Virus record (IMG/VR): IMGVR_UViG_3300043449_000492
Span: 1-64,000 of that record
Length of the DNA: 64,000 nucleotides
Strand: one strand, 5' to 3'
Source of the DNA: a virus
Below are positions 7,266 through 15,674 of this stretch, piece after piece. The position numbers and the translations under genes were made by a program. Each line of letters begins with the position of its first letter. The first letter of the stretch is position 1. The notes below the pieces were generated by a model, which was not told where the DNA came from, did not search any database, and saw only the letters and a program-made list of their open reading frames with translations.

Positions 7266-7952
7266 ATGTCTACCAATGCTATCAAGTTTCGCCATCGTTA
7301 TATCAAGCGTGCTGCTCGGGTTCTTCCCGCTATTCAGCTCGGCGTGCCGTTCACTCCCGAAGACATTGCAAAGATTGTCGGTGGTGACTATGCTGCCAAG
7401 TTCGTCTTCTATCTTCGCCATCTCGGTTTCGAGTTTAGCTATCAGAAAGATGGTCGTAAGGTCGTTGGGTATACTCTAATCAAAGAGCCCGACGATGTTG
7501 CAACTATCCGCGGTGCGGCTCCGTCCCGTGGTCGTGGCAAGAATGCTGCTCCCAAGGCTCCGAAGGTTCCCAAGGCTCCGAAGGCTGCCCCGAAGCGTGA
7601 CAAGCTGGTCGAAGCTGTCAAGCGTGAAGGTCGTGAGTATGCCAAGCGCAAGAAGACCGAAGCTGAGGCCCTGACCAAGGCCGTCGAGCGTTGGCAAGAT
7701 GCTACGAACAACAAGGGTACCAAGGCTAAGGTCAAGGCACCCAAGAAGATCGCTTCGACTACGAAGAAGTCGGTTGCAGATATCAAGGCTAAGAACCTCG
7801 CCAAGCTCAAGGCAGTTGGTGAACGCTTCGCTAAGGCTAACAAGCCGATAACCGATGCGGACATTCTGGCTGATGCTCCGAAGTCCACTTCGTTCTCGAT
7901 TGACGACAACTGGGATTCTATCGACGGTCTCGATCTTGCGAAGATCATCTAA
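7266..7952 (+). CDS. putative DNA-binding protein, HTH-like N-domain plus Lys/Ala/Pro-rich tail
   Basis: KDGRKVVGYTLI wing-like motif; APKAPKVPKAPK repeats; GAGG SD. Confidence 0.7.
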   Translation: MSTNAIKFRHRYIKRAARVLPAIQLGVPFTPEDIAKIVGGDYAAKFVFYLRHLGFEFSYQKDGRKVVGYTLIKEPDDVATIRGAAPSRGRGKNAAPKAPKVPKAPKAAPKRDKLVEAVKREGREYAKRKKTEAEALTKAVERWQDATNNKGTKAKVKAPKKIASTTKKSVADIKAKNLAKLKAVGERFAKANKPITDADILADAPKSTSFSIDDNWDSIDGLDLAKII

Positions 7953-7969
7953 TCATCGGAGTGTCAAGA

Positions 7970-8401
7970 ATGCGACTTAAGGTCAAAGTCAAAAATACAG
8001 ACTACAAATATCGTCATCGATATGCGAGCTATGTCGTCATTCCTGAGTTTAACATCTACGTTGGCCGAGTGGTTTCCCCTCGGCCTTCGTGGCTTTCTCC
8101 GAATGAGTTTATGCTGACGACGAGTGACATTGACGCTCCCGTTCGCATTCTAGACAAAAACGATATCGTTGAAGCGTGGACTTCCGACAAAGATGTTGAC
8201 GATGGAGTGACGTTAGTTGCTGGTGAAAAGCGTCCATATGTTGTAACTCGTGGAATGAATGGCAAGTATTCTTGCAACTGTTCTTCGTATGGCTATCGCA
8301 AGTGGTGTTCTCATATCAACGAGGTGAAGAAAAATGGCAAACGAGTTTCTGCACAAGGATCCAGAAAAGGCTCTGGAACAAGTAAAGCAAAAAATGTATG
8401 A
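7970..8401 (+). CDS. SWIM-type zinc finger protein
   Basis: YSCNCSSYGYRKWCSHI (CxC...CxH). Confidence 0.7.
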   Translation: MRLKVKVKNTDYKYRHRYASYVVIPEFNIYVGRVVSPRPSWLSPNEFMLTTSDIDAPVRILDKNDIVEAWTSDKDVDDGVTLVAGEKRPYVVTRGMNGKYSCNCSSYGYRKWCSHINEVKKNGKRVSAQGSRKGSGTSKAKNV

Positions 8402-8537
8402 TCGTCTTAAGGTGCTTCGCACTTGCTTGATCGGTGCGTCTAAAGACGACATTGGTTATGTTAGTGAATACGATATGGCCATGTATAACGAGATTGACTT
8501 TCTCGAAGGTGTTCTAGACGATATCGAAAAGAGGTAA
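8334..8537 (+). CDS. hypothetical protein
   Basis: GAGG SD, ORF. Confidence 0.6.
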   Translation: MANEFLHKDPEKALEQVKQKMYDRLKVLRTCLIGASKDDIGYVSEYDMAMYNEIDFLEGVLDDIEKR

Positions 8538-8538
8538 C

Positions 8539-8670
8539 ATGCGACATTTATTCTTGGTACCCATTCTGGTGATAGTGCCGGGGATAGCTATGTTGTGCTT
8601 GCTTGGTGGCATTGTATATCACTTCGGCTGCTATGTTATCTCAAAGTTCCAATCAAGAAAGGCTCGTTAG
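8539..8670 (+). CDS. small membrane protein (43 aa)
   Basis: GAGG SD; hydrophobic helix. Confidence 0.5.
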   Translation: MRHLFLVPILVIVPGIAMLCLLGGIVYHFGCYVISKFQSRKAR

Positions 8671-8671
8671 A

Positions 8672-9781
8672 ATGAATCGTGAGAAGCTATATAAGATTGA
8701 CTCAAACGGTAATACCCGTGTATGGTGGATTGAATATGATAATGAAAAATATAGGACTCATTCTGGCATTGAAGGTGGTAAGATTGTTACTTCTGGTTGG
8801 ACCTTTCCTACCGGAAAGAATATCGGCCGCTCTAACGAAACATCTATTTCAGAACAAGTTATTTCTGAGGTTGATGCTGATTACATAAAGAAGCAGCATC
8901 AGGGTAAGTATCATCAGACTACCACTTGGGCCAAGAATGGTGCCAAGTTCATCGAGTGTATGCTTGCTGGCAAGTATGATCCGAAGAAGCATACAAAGTT
9001 CCCTTATTGGTCTCAGCCCAAGTTCGATGGTGTGCGTTGTATTGTTACTAAAGACGGTATGCAGTCACGCAACGGCAAGCCTATTCTTTCTGCACCTCAT
9101 ATCAGTGAAGCACTAGAACCTTTCTTTAAGAGGTTCCCTGACGTTGTGCTTGACGGTGAGCTGTATAATCATGAGCTAAAGAATGACTTTGAGAAAATCA
9201 TTTCGCTGGCTCGTAAGACAAAGCCGACTGCTGAAGACTTGAAAGAATCTGCTGAAATGATTCAGTATCATGTTTACGATGTTGTCGATCATTCAATGAC
9301 ATTCTCTGAGCGTAACACGATGCTGCATAGTGTGTATGGCATTTGGTCAAAGACAATTCAGCCTGTTGCCACTAACAAAGTGAAAGATGCAGAGCAGATT
9401 CAGATAATGCTAAATGATTATCTGATGATGGGTTATGAAGGTCAGATGCTTCGTGATCCTGATTCCTATTATGAAGGTAAGCGTTCCAAAGGTCTGCTCA
9501 AGCACAAAGAGTTTGAGGATGCTGAGTTCCGTATCGTGTCTATCGTAGAAGGTAAAGGTAACTGGGCAGGCTATGCCAAGTCAATTGAGATTGAACTGGA
9601 AGACGGAACAACTCAGTTCTCTGGTGTGCGTGGATCATTTGACACGTTGAAAGATGTGTTGTATAATGCTAATGATTATATCGGCACAGAGGTAACGGTA
9701 AGATATCAAAATCGTTCGGCTGATAACAAGCTTCGTTTTCCTGTTGTCGTTGCATTCTGGAAAGGTAAGAGGGACATATGA
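8672..9781 (+). CDS. lig: ATP-dependent DNA ligase
   Basis: QPKFDGVRC, LDGELY, YHVYD, EGQMLR, LLKHK, LRFPV motifs; start placed at ATG 8672 (AAAGG SD). Confidence 0.93.
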   Translation: MNREKLYKIDSNGNTRVWWIEYDNEKYRTHSGIEGGKIVTSGWTFPTGKNIGRSNETSISEQVISEVDADYIKKQHQGKYHQTTTWAKNGAKFIECMLAGKYDPKKHTKFPYWSQPKFDGVRCIVTKDGMQSRNGKPILSAPHISEALEPFFKRFPDVVLDGELYNHELKNDFEKIISLARKTKPTAEDLKESAEMIQYHVYDVVDHSMTFSERNTMLHSVYGIWSKTIQPVATNKVKDAEQIQIMLNDYLMMGYEGQMLRDPDSYYEGKRSKGLLKHKEFEDAEFRIVSIVEGKGNWAGYAKSIEIELEDGTTQFSGVRGSFDTLKDVLYNANDYIGTEVTVRYQNRSADNKLRFPVVVAFWKGKRDI

Positions 9782-10323
9782 ACATTTTCTATCTACACCC
9801 TGATCCTAAGATTTGTGCCGAGTGGGCAGTTGACAAGCATTGTGTCAAGATGATTCTTGAGGCAGCGCAGCTATTGTCAACGGCTCACCGTTTACTCGAC
9901 GGTGTTGAGTATGTTGATAAAACGAAGACTGGTCGGAGTGTCAAAAGATGGCGCCTAACCGATAGTCGTGATACCACTCTCTATTCAGCTACTCATGTCA
10001 ATCATCCCTGTGCTGTATGGGTTCGTGAATCTGCACGAAACTACACTTGGCTTTGGTCGTATCTCAACGAACATTGCAAAGAATACACATATCGTTATGG
10101 TAAGATTCACAAGGTAGAAGAAAGCGGTCTTCTCGATGCATTGAAGCAGCTTCCAAGAAATGTTCCTCGTCTAATCAATAGAACGCCCATTCCAAGTTGC
10201 ATGGATGCTAAATACATCATATCGGAAGATGCGGTAGAGAACTATCGCAACTACTACAAGATTGGTAAGGCACATCTTCATAGTTGGAAACTACGTGAAG
10301 CGCCTGAGTGGATTATGGAGTAA
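9778..10323 (+). CDS. pyrimidine-dimer DNA glycosylase / endonuclease V-like protein
   Basis: MNIFYL...DKHCVKMILEAAQLLSTAH, HVNHPCAVW, YRNYY. Confidence 0.75.
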   Translation: MNIFYLHPDPKICAEWAVDKHCVKMILEAAQLLSTAHRLLDGVEYVDKTKTGRSVKRWRLTDSRDTTLYSATHVNHPCAVWVRESARNYTWLWSYLNEHCKEYTYRYGKIHKVEESGLLDALKQLPRNVPRLINRTPIPSCMDAKYIISEDAVENYRNYYKIGKAHLHSWKLREAPEWIME

Positions 10324-10325
10324 CA

Positions 10326-10523
10326 ATGCCCACATATTCTTTTAAAGACAAAGGCACAGGTGAATGCTTTGACGTTTTCATGTCAATATCGGAACTGGAT
10401 GAGTTTTTAGAGAATCATCCTGAGCTAGAAAAGCTACTCTCTGCCCCACACTTTCTAGGCACCAATATGAATGGCGGACTAAAGAACAATTCATTTTATG
10501 ACCCAAAGGATAATGTTGATTGA
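10326..10523 (+). CDS. FmdB-like protein (copy 1)
   Basis: MPTYSF...TGE...[14 protein letters not shown]. Confidence 0.7.
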   Translation: MPTYSFKDKGTGECFDVFMSISELDEFLENHPELEKLLSAPHFLGTNMNGGLKNNSFYDPKDNVD

Positions 10524-11020
10524 ATATACCTGAAGGATTCTACATATACGCATATCTAAGACTGGATGGAACACCTTACTATATTGGTAAAGGTAAAAAC
10601 AAAAGAGCATGGTATAAAGTCAAAGAACATATAAAAGTTCCTAAACTTTCTAGTCAAATCGTCATAATGGAATCTAATCTTACAGAAATTGGAGCTCTAG
10701 CTCTTGAACGATTCTATATTCGTTGGTATGGACGTAAAGATAATCAAACAGGCATACTTCGCAATAAAACTGATGGCGGTGATGGTCTTACTGAACCGAG
10801 TATGGATATAAAGAGAAAGATATCTGAAACTAAAAAACTAAATCCTACCAAATATTGGCAGGGTAAAAAAAGAAGCCACGAAGATAGACAAAAAATGTCT
10901 CAAGCGAAAATGGGAAAAGTTCAATCAGACGCTCATAAAGCAATTAACTCACAAAAAATAAAAGAGTTGTGGAAAGATCCAGTCTGGAGAGAAAAAATGT
11001 TACAAGCGAGGAAAAAATAA
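10520..11020 (+). mobile_element. free-standing GIY-YIG/NUMOD3 homing endonuclease
   Basis: [38 protein letters not shown]; AT-rich. Confidence 0.85.
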
Positions 11021-11286
11021 TGTGTCCAAATTACACATGGGAAAACAAAGAGACTGGTGAAGAACACACCAACACAATGACTATTGCAGAGCGTGATGAA
11101 TATGAGAAGAACAATCCTCAGCTTCGTCAGGTTCTGCGCAATTTCACAATGGTCGATCCAGTGAATATTGGCGTCACTAAGCCGCCAGCAGATTTTCAAA
11201 AGTATGTTCTAGGTAGAATCAAAGAAAAGGTTCCACATTCGGACGCTATCGCTTCTAAGCGTTGGAACATTCCCAAGGAGATTTAA
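11020..11286 (+). CDS. FmdB-like protein (copy 2)
   Basis: TAATG overlap; PNYTWENKETGE...MTIAERDEYEKNNP...KPPADFQ..VLGRIK. Confidence 0.75.
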   Translation: MCPNYTWENKETGEEHTNTMTIAERDEYEKNNPQLRQVLRNFTMVDPVNIGVTKPPADFQKYVLGRIKEKVPHSDAIASKRWNIPKEI

Positions 11287-11397
11287 CCACTGTCATCAGA
11301 ACATTTTAGCAAACGATTTAGAGGTCGTGCCCGTAAAAAGGCATTGACCTCTTTTGGTTATGGGCATGTGAATAACGATAACAATAAAGGTCAATAT

Positions 11398-12108
11398 ATG
11401 TCAAGAAAACAGAGAAGAAATAACCAACAGCATCATGACAATATCGCTGAAAGAAACCACTTCGAACTTCGTCACATTAAACCACTAACAGTAAACCAAC
11501 AAAGAGTGTGGGACGCTTTCGAGGCAGGTTCTAATCTTATGCTACATGGTTATGCCGGCACCGGTAAAACTTTTCTATCCTCATACCTAGCACTAAAGGA
11601 GGTGTTACATAGCGACATATATAAGAGGGTAGTTATCATCCGCTCAGTCGTTCCATCCAGAGACATGGGATTCTTGCCTGGTTCTGAAAAACAAAAAGCG
11701 GAAGTTTACGAACAACCCTATCAAGAAATCTGTGACGATCTATTTGGTCGTGGTGACGGTTGGAGAATACTAAAGTTGAAGCGTCTGGTTGAGTTTACAA
11801 CAACCTCGTTTCTTCGTGGAACAACCTTCAATGATTCAATCATCATCGTTGATGAATGTAACAATATGAACTTTCAGGAAATTGATACGGTCATGACACG
11901 CATTGGCAATAACTCACGCATTATCTTCTGCGGCGATTATCGTCAGAGTGATCTACATAAGCCTCATGATAAGACCGGCATTAAAGAGCTAATGAACATT
12001 ACTCGTCGTATGCCGTCATTCGACCATATCGAATTTGACATTGAGGACATTGTTAGATCAGGTGTCGTTAAAGAATACATCATTCAGAAAACGGAGATGG
12101 GTCTATGA
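11398..12108 (+). CDS. phoH: PhoH-like ATPase
   Basis: GYAGTGKT, RDMGFLPG, SFLRGTTF, IVDECNN, GDYRQSDL, DIVRSG; ATG 11398 after AAAGG. Confidence 0.95.
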   Translation: MSRKQRRNNQQHHDNIAERNHFELRHIKPLTVNQQRVWDAFEAGSNLMLHGYAGTGKTFLSSYLALKEVLHSDIYKRVVIIRSVVPSRDMGFLPGSEKQKAEVYEQPYQEICDDLFGRGDGWRILKLKRLVEFTTTSFLRGTTFNDSIIIVDECNNMNFQEIDTVMTRIGNNSRIIFCGDYRQSDLHKPHDKTGIKELMNITRRMPSFDHIEFDIEDIVRSGVVKEYIIQKTEMGL

Positions 12109-12269
12109 CAAGAGAAGAATACGAGCTACAACTTGACACATATATCAGAGAGCAAATGGCTACCGTGCCTGCAGGTAGAAAGAAGCTAACTTTTTGGGCC
12201 GAATTTAATCGGAACATGAAAGAAAACTTCGATGCTCAACTTGCAGCAAATGGTATTGTAGTTGAATAG
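12105..12269 (+). CDS. hypothetical protein (54 aa)
   Basis: ATGA overlap, GGAG SD. Confidence 0.55.
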   Translation: MTREEYELQLDTYIREQMATVPAGRKKLTFWAEFNRNMKENFDAQLAANGIVVE

Positions 12270-12276
12270 AACCCTA

Positions 12277-12284
12277 CTAAATAT
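12277..12284 (+). promoter_or_regulatory. T4-type late promoter
   Basis: ACTAAATA in intergenic region before 12311 gene. Confidence 0.6.
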
Positions 12285-12310
12285 AAGGAACTACTAAGGA
12301 GTAGATAATT

Positions 12311-13630
12311 ATGGCCCAGTTCCGAATAGACAAACACGAATATCTACCACAGGAGAAGACCTTATTTGAGGTCGTCATGCTTGCTGACCAGTATGGTAAT
12401 CAGATTGGTCCTGCTAATCCTTCTGGTATGGCCGTGGATGCTTTCGGACGGGCCAGAAACTCTTTGCCATATACTCTCTTTGAGTCGTTTCATCGTTATC
12501 AAGATAATGGTAGAATCTCTACTGCCAACTCTGCTACAGGTTCAACATATACTCATAAGCCTAATGAAGCATGTATTGAATGCTCGATTACCAACGTAGC
12601 TAATTCATATGTGTATAGAGAGTCCTCTAGAGTTTTTGCGTATCAGCCTGGCAAATCAATTCAGATTCTAGAATCATTCGTTCTTGCCCCACCACAAGTA
12701 GGTCTAAGACAACGATATGGTTATTTCGGAACACAGAATGGTTTCTTTCTTGAACAAACAGACAATACGATTTATTTTGTTAAGAGGTCATCAGTAACAG
12801 GTAGTGTGGTCGAAACAAGAGTAGCACAAGCTGACTGGAATGTCGATACAATGCTAGGTGCCGTTGTGTCTAGTCCATCACAGTTGACATTGGATCTAAC
12901 AAAGGCACAGATTCTATTCATTGATATCGAATGGCTCGGCGTCGGCTCTGTTAGAATGGGATTCATTGTAGATGGTCAGTTTGTTCATTGTCATACTTTC
13001 CATCATGCTAATTCGGCAAATGCTAACTCCACATATATAACTACCGCATGTCTACCAGTTCGTGCTGAGATTGAAAACTACAACTCTATGGCAAACACAT
13101 CTAATCTAAAAATCATTTGTGCTACAGTTATTTCAGAAGGCGGATTCGAGCCAAGAGGTCGCCAAAAGACTGTTGGTCGTGAACCTAACACAGCATTAAC
13201 TATGTCAACATCAGGTACCTATTATCCTGTTGCTGCTATTAGATTAAAGAGTGACCGTGCTGATGGTGTTGTTCTACCAAAGAACGTATCATTACTTGGC
13301 ATTGGTGGCAACGGTTCAAGACTACGTTACAAGATTGTTTCGGGTGCCGCTATCTCAGGTGGAACTTGGGTAGACGCTGGACCTGATTCTTCTGTTCAGT
13401 ATAATATCTCTGCTACAGGAATGACTGGCGGTAATGATTTAGTATCTGGTTATCAAGCTATCAACAATCAGGGTTCCGTCGCTCTAGACATTGGTGGCTC
13501 TGACTTCTTCCGCTATCAGCTAGAAAGAAACACTTTCACTGGCGGTAATACCACATTCGTTCTAGCTGCTACAGGAGCTGGAAATGGTGACACATGTGTC
13601 GGCGGTATTGACTGGGAAGAAATGACATAA
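12311..13630 (+). CDS. putative virion structural protein
   Basis: DAFGRAR, YQPGKS, IDIEWLGVGSVRMG motifs; late promoter upstream. Confidence 0.7.
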   Translation: MAQFRIDKHEYLPQEKTLFEVVMLADQYGNQIGPANPSGMAVDAFGRARNSLPYTLFESFHRYQDNGRISTANSATGSTYTHKPNEACIECSITNVANSYVYRESSRVFAYQPGKSIQILESFVLAPPQVGLRQRYGYFGTQNGFFLEQTDNTIYFVKRSSVTGSVVETRVAQADWNVDTMLGAVVSSPSQLTLDLTKAQILFIDIEWLGVGSVRMGFIVDGQFVHCHTFHHANSANANSTYITTACLPVRAEIENYNSMANTSNLKIICATVISEGGFEPRGRQKTVGREPNTALTMSTSGTYYPVAAIRLKSDRADGVVLPKNVSLLGIGGNGSRLRYKIVSGAAISGGTWVDAGPDSSVQYNISATGMTGGNDLVSGYQAINNQGSVALDIGGSDFFRYQLERNTFTGGNTTFVLAATGAGNGDTCVGGIDWEEMT

Positions 13631-13632
13631 GC

Positions 13633-13661
13633 TTGACAATATAATAAAAGTGAGTTATAAT
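13633..13661 (+). promoter_or_regulatory. consensus sigma70 promoter
   Basis: TTGACA-17-TATAAT. Confidence 0.85.
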
Positions 13662-13666
13662 GAACA

Positions 13667-14338
13667 ATGAAAACATTTAAGCATTTAAACAGTGATCCTA
13701 TTCTATGTAAACTTGATAGAGAAGAAATCAACGGTAAGCGTTATTATATCTCTCCCCAGGGAAAACGCTTACCGTCTGTCACCACATTCTTAGGTCATTT
13801 CAAGAAAGAATCCATAATGGCTTGGAGAAAGAAAGTTGGCGAGGAAGAAGCCAATCGTATCTCCGGCCAGGCTGCGAGAAGAGGAACTAAGTTTCACTCA
13901 CTCATGGAATCGTATCTAGGCAATGAGCAGAACTTCCTTACCGAAGATATCATGCCTGACATGAAACAAGCCTTTCATGACATGGTTCCCACCCTTGACA
14001 GAATCGACAATATACATTATATTGAGACTATGCTTTACAGCGAGATTTTAGGTCTCGCAGGACAAGTTGATTGCATTGCGGAATTTGATGGTGTTCCTTC
14101 TATCATTGATTTTAAGACTTCCAATAAGCTTAAGAGAGAAGACTGGATCACAAATTACTTTGAGCAATGCACTTGTTATTCCCTAATGTATGAGGAAATG
14201 ACAGGCATCAAGGCAAAGCAAATCGTCGTGCTTATCTCCGTTGACGGAGAAATGCAACCCCAAGTTTTCGTCAAAAATCGTAAGGACTATGTTCCTGGTT
14301 TAGCCGAAAAGATTAAAGAGTTTAGGAGCATAATATGA
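13667..14338 (+). CDS. PD-(D/E)xK exonuclease
   Basis: LPSVTT, RGTKFH, AGQVDCIAE..IIDFKTS, YFEQ. Confidence 0.9.
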   Translation: MKTFKHLNSDPILCKLDREEINGKRYYISPQGKRLPSVTTFLGHFKKESIMAWRKKVGEEEANRISGQAARRGTKFHSLMESYLGNEQNFLTEDIMPDMKQAFHDMVPTLDRIDNIHYIETMLYSEILGLAGQVDCIAEFDGVPSIIDFKTSNKLKREDWITNYFEQCTCYSLMYEEMTGIKAKQIVVLISVDGEMQPQVFVKNRKDYVPGLAEKIKEFRSII

Positions 14339-14460
14339 AGAAGCTTGTTTTAGTTCTAGTAGGTTTTCTTTTTCTTAGTGGTTGCGCTGGCCGTGTTGGC
14401 GACGACCTCAGGTACCTCGGTTGCATTGCGAGGGATAATACATCGAGGCCCTGTAACTGA
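14335..14460 (+). CDS. small lipoprotein (41 aa)
   Basis: MKKLVLVLVGFLFLSGC lipobox; AGGAG SD. Confidence 0.7.
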   Translation: MKKLVLVLVGFLFLSGCAGRVGDDLRYLGCIARDNTSRPCN

Positions 14461-14502
14461 TACACCTCAGTTAGAAGATTTTGAGAAAGAGTTGGAGAAT
14501 CA

Positions 14503-14688
14503 ATGATCGAATATGTATTACTTGCACAAGTAGTAACTCAGAGTCCTAACATCATGGACGATAAGCAAGTTCCTGTTTACTCATGGGAGAAACCTTATAT
14601 TGCACCTATATATCAGCAACCACGAACTGGTATCTCTATGCGGTCCGGTTCAACTCCTTCACCTGTTTATGAAGAGATTGAAGAATGA
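14503..14688 (+). CDS. hypothetical protein
   Basis: GGAG SD, ORF. Confidence 0.55.
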   Translation: MIEYVLLAQVVTQSPNIMDDKQVPVYSWEKPYIAPIYQQPRTGISMRSGSTPSPVYEEIEE

Positions 14689-14969
14689 AACGATTGATTT
14701 TGATATTGTGCTTGATTAGCACATCATCATGGGCGTCGGAAGACATAACATGTCAGAAGAATCTCAACCATGCATTTGTTGTAACATGTGAAGCAAAGAA
14801 GGTGATGAATGTTTCGTTGGTTAACATTGATGGCGGCGAGTGTGCTGCTCCTGCATTTCACTGGCACGGTACAGGTAAATTCGACGTTCCTGGAACACAA
14901 CAATGTTTCTATGTCAGATCAGTAACATTGAACATTGACGGACACAAGAAAGCATTTGGACCTCTTTAA
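14685..14969 (+). CDS. secreted/periplasmic Cys-containing protein
   Basis: Signal peptide MKRLILILCLISTSSWA; 4 Cys in mature part. Confidence 0.65.
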   Translation: MKRLILILCLISTSSWASEDITCQKNLNHAFVVTCEAKKVMNVSLVNIDGGECAAPAFHWHGTGKFDVPGTQQCFYVRSVTLNIDGHKKAFGPL

Positions 14970-15088
14970 TGTCAAAACTTTTATGTAAAATCTTTGGACA
15001 TAAGTTCTATAGGATTAATCCTCTTTTGAAGAATAGTCCTATTAGTCATTGGTTGCGTTGTAAAAGATGCGATCATGTAGATACATTT

Positions 15089-15096
15089 TATAAATA
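15089..15096 (+). promoter_or_regulatory. T4-type late promoter upstream of tmRNA
   Basis: Perfect TATAAATA. Confidence 0.7.
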
Positions 15097-15101
15097 GAAT
15101 T

Positions 15102-15404
15102 GCCGAAGGTCGTTGAGAGACGAAGCATAGGATTCTTGGACGTGGGGGCAGTACCCACCGTCTCCACCATGGATACACTGGTTGAGTTTAGGCCGTTGGT
15201 TATCTCGTAAAACTCTGCCAACGGATGAGAAGTTTCCAGTGTATCTTTGATGGGGACGAAATAGGTTCGACAGGATTCAGTAAGGTCGTAAGGAGACCAA
15301 AGGCGATAAGCAAATGCAGCAAATGATAATGCTCCATTTGAAGGATATGCTCTAGCAGCGTAACCTCATTGGGCTGGTGACTTGCCTAGAAACAGAAAAG
15401 TCAC
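15102..15404 (+). ncRNA. ssrA: circularly permuted two-piece tmRNA (alphaproteobacterial type)
   Basis: T-arm GTGGG-GGCAGTA-CCCAC and CGTCTCC-A-CCA ending 15169 precede GGGGACG at 15252 (7-bp acceptor stem with G3-U70); tag ANDNAPFEGYALAA* at 15319-15363; GTGACTT/AAGTCAC stem around CCTAGAAACAGAA; outer ends approximate. Confidence 0.95.
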
Positions 15405-15431
15405 ACTCACACAAACACACAGGAATTTATC

Positions 15432-15671
15432 ATGGACAAATATTCATACGATCCAAACACACCGTTTGCAATTCGTCTAGAGTTGCTGAAACTCGCTCAA
15501 TCAATCGAAAGTGAACGCATTTGGTCTGAGCGTAATCGTCTAGAAATGGACTGGCAGACCAAAAAGGAAAACGGCGTCACTGAGTCATTTCCTGAACTAC
15601 CTTCTGTCACTTATAAAAGCGTTATTGCTGTAGCAGAAGAACTAAACAAATTCGTTTCTAACAAAGGATAA
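15432..15671 (+). CDS. conserved T4-like small protein
   Basis: TPFAIRLELLKLA...AEELNKFVS. Confidence 0.75.
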   Translation: MDKYSYDPNTPFAIRLELLKLAQSIESERIWSERNRLEMDWQTKKENGVTESFPELPSVTYKSVIAVAEELNKFVSNKG

Positions 15672-15674
15672 AAG

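Noticed and set aside
8603-8671. ORF-track N-terminal extension of ligase (likewise phoH 11344-11397 and gp51 22730-22787)
   Set aside because: Overlap other genes or leaders; better SD-linked starts or a frameshift explain the genes
13667-14338. Cas4 as part of a CRISPR system
   Set aside because: Matches the common T4-like PD-(D/E)xK exonuclease; no array nearby
15140-15169. Stand-alone tRNA
   Set aside because: Only T-arm and acceptor 3' strand are present; part of the permuted tmRNA
14981-15178. Minus-strand ORF
   Set aside because: Overlaps the tmRNA and its promoter; no recognisable protein features
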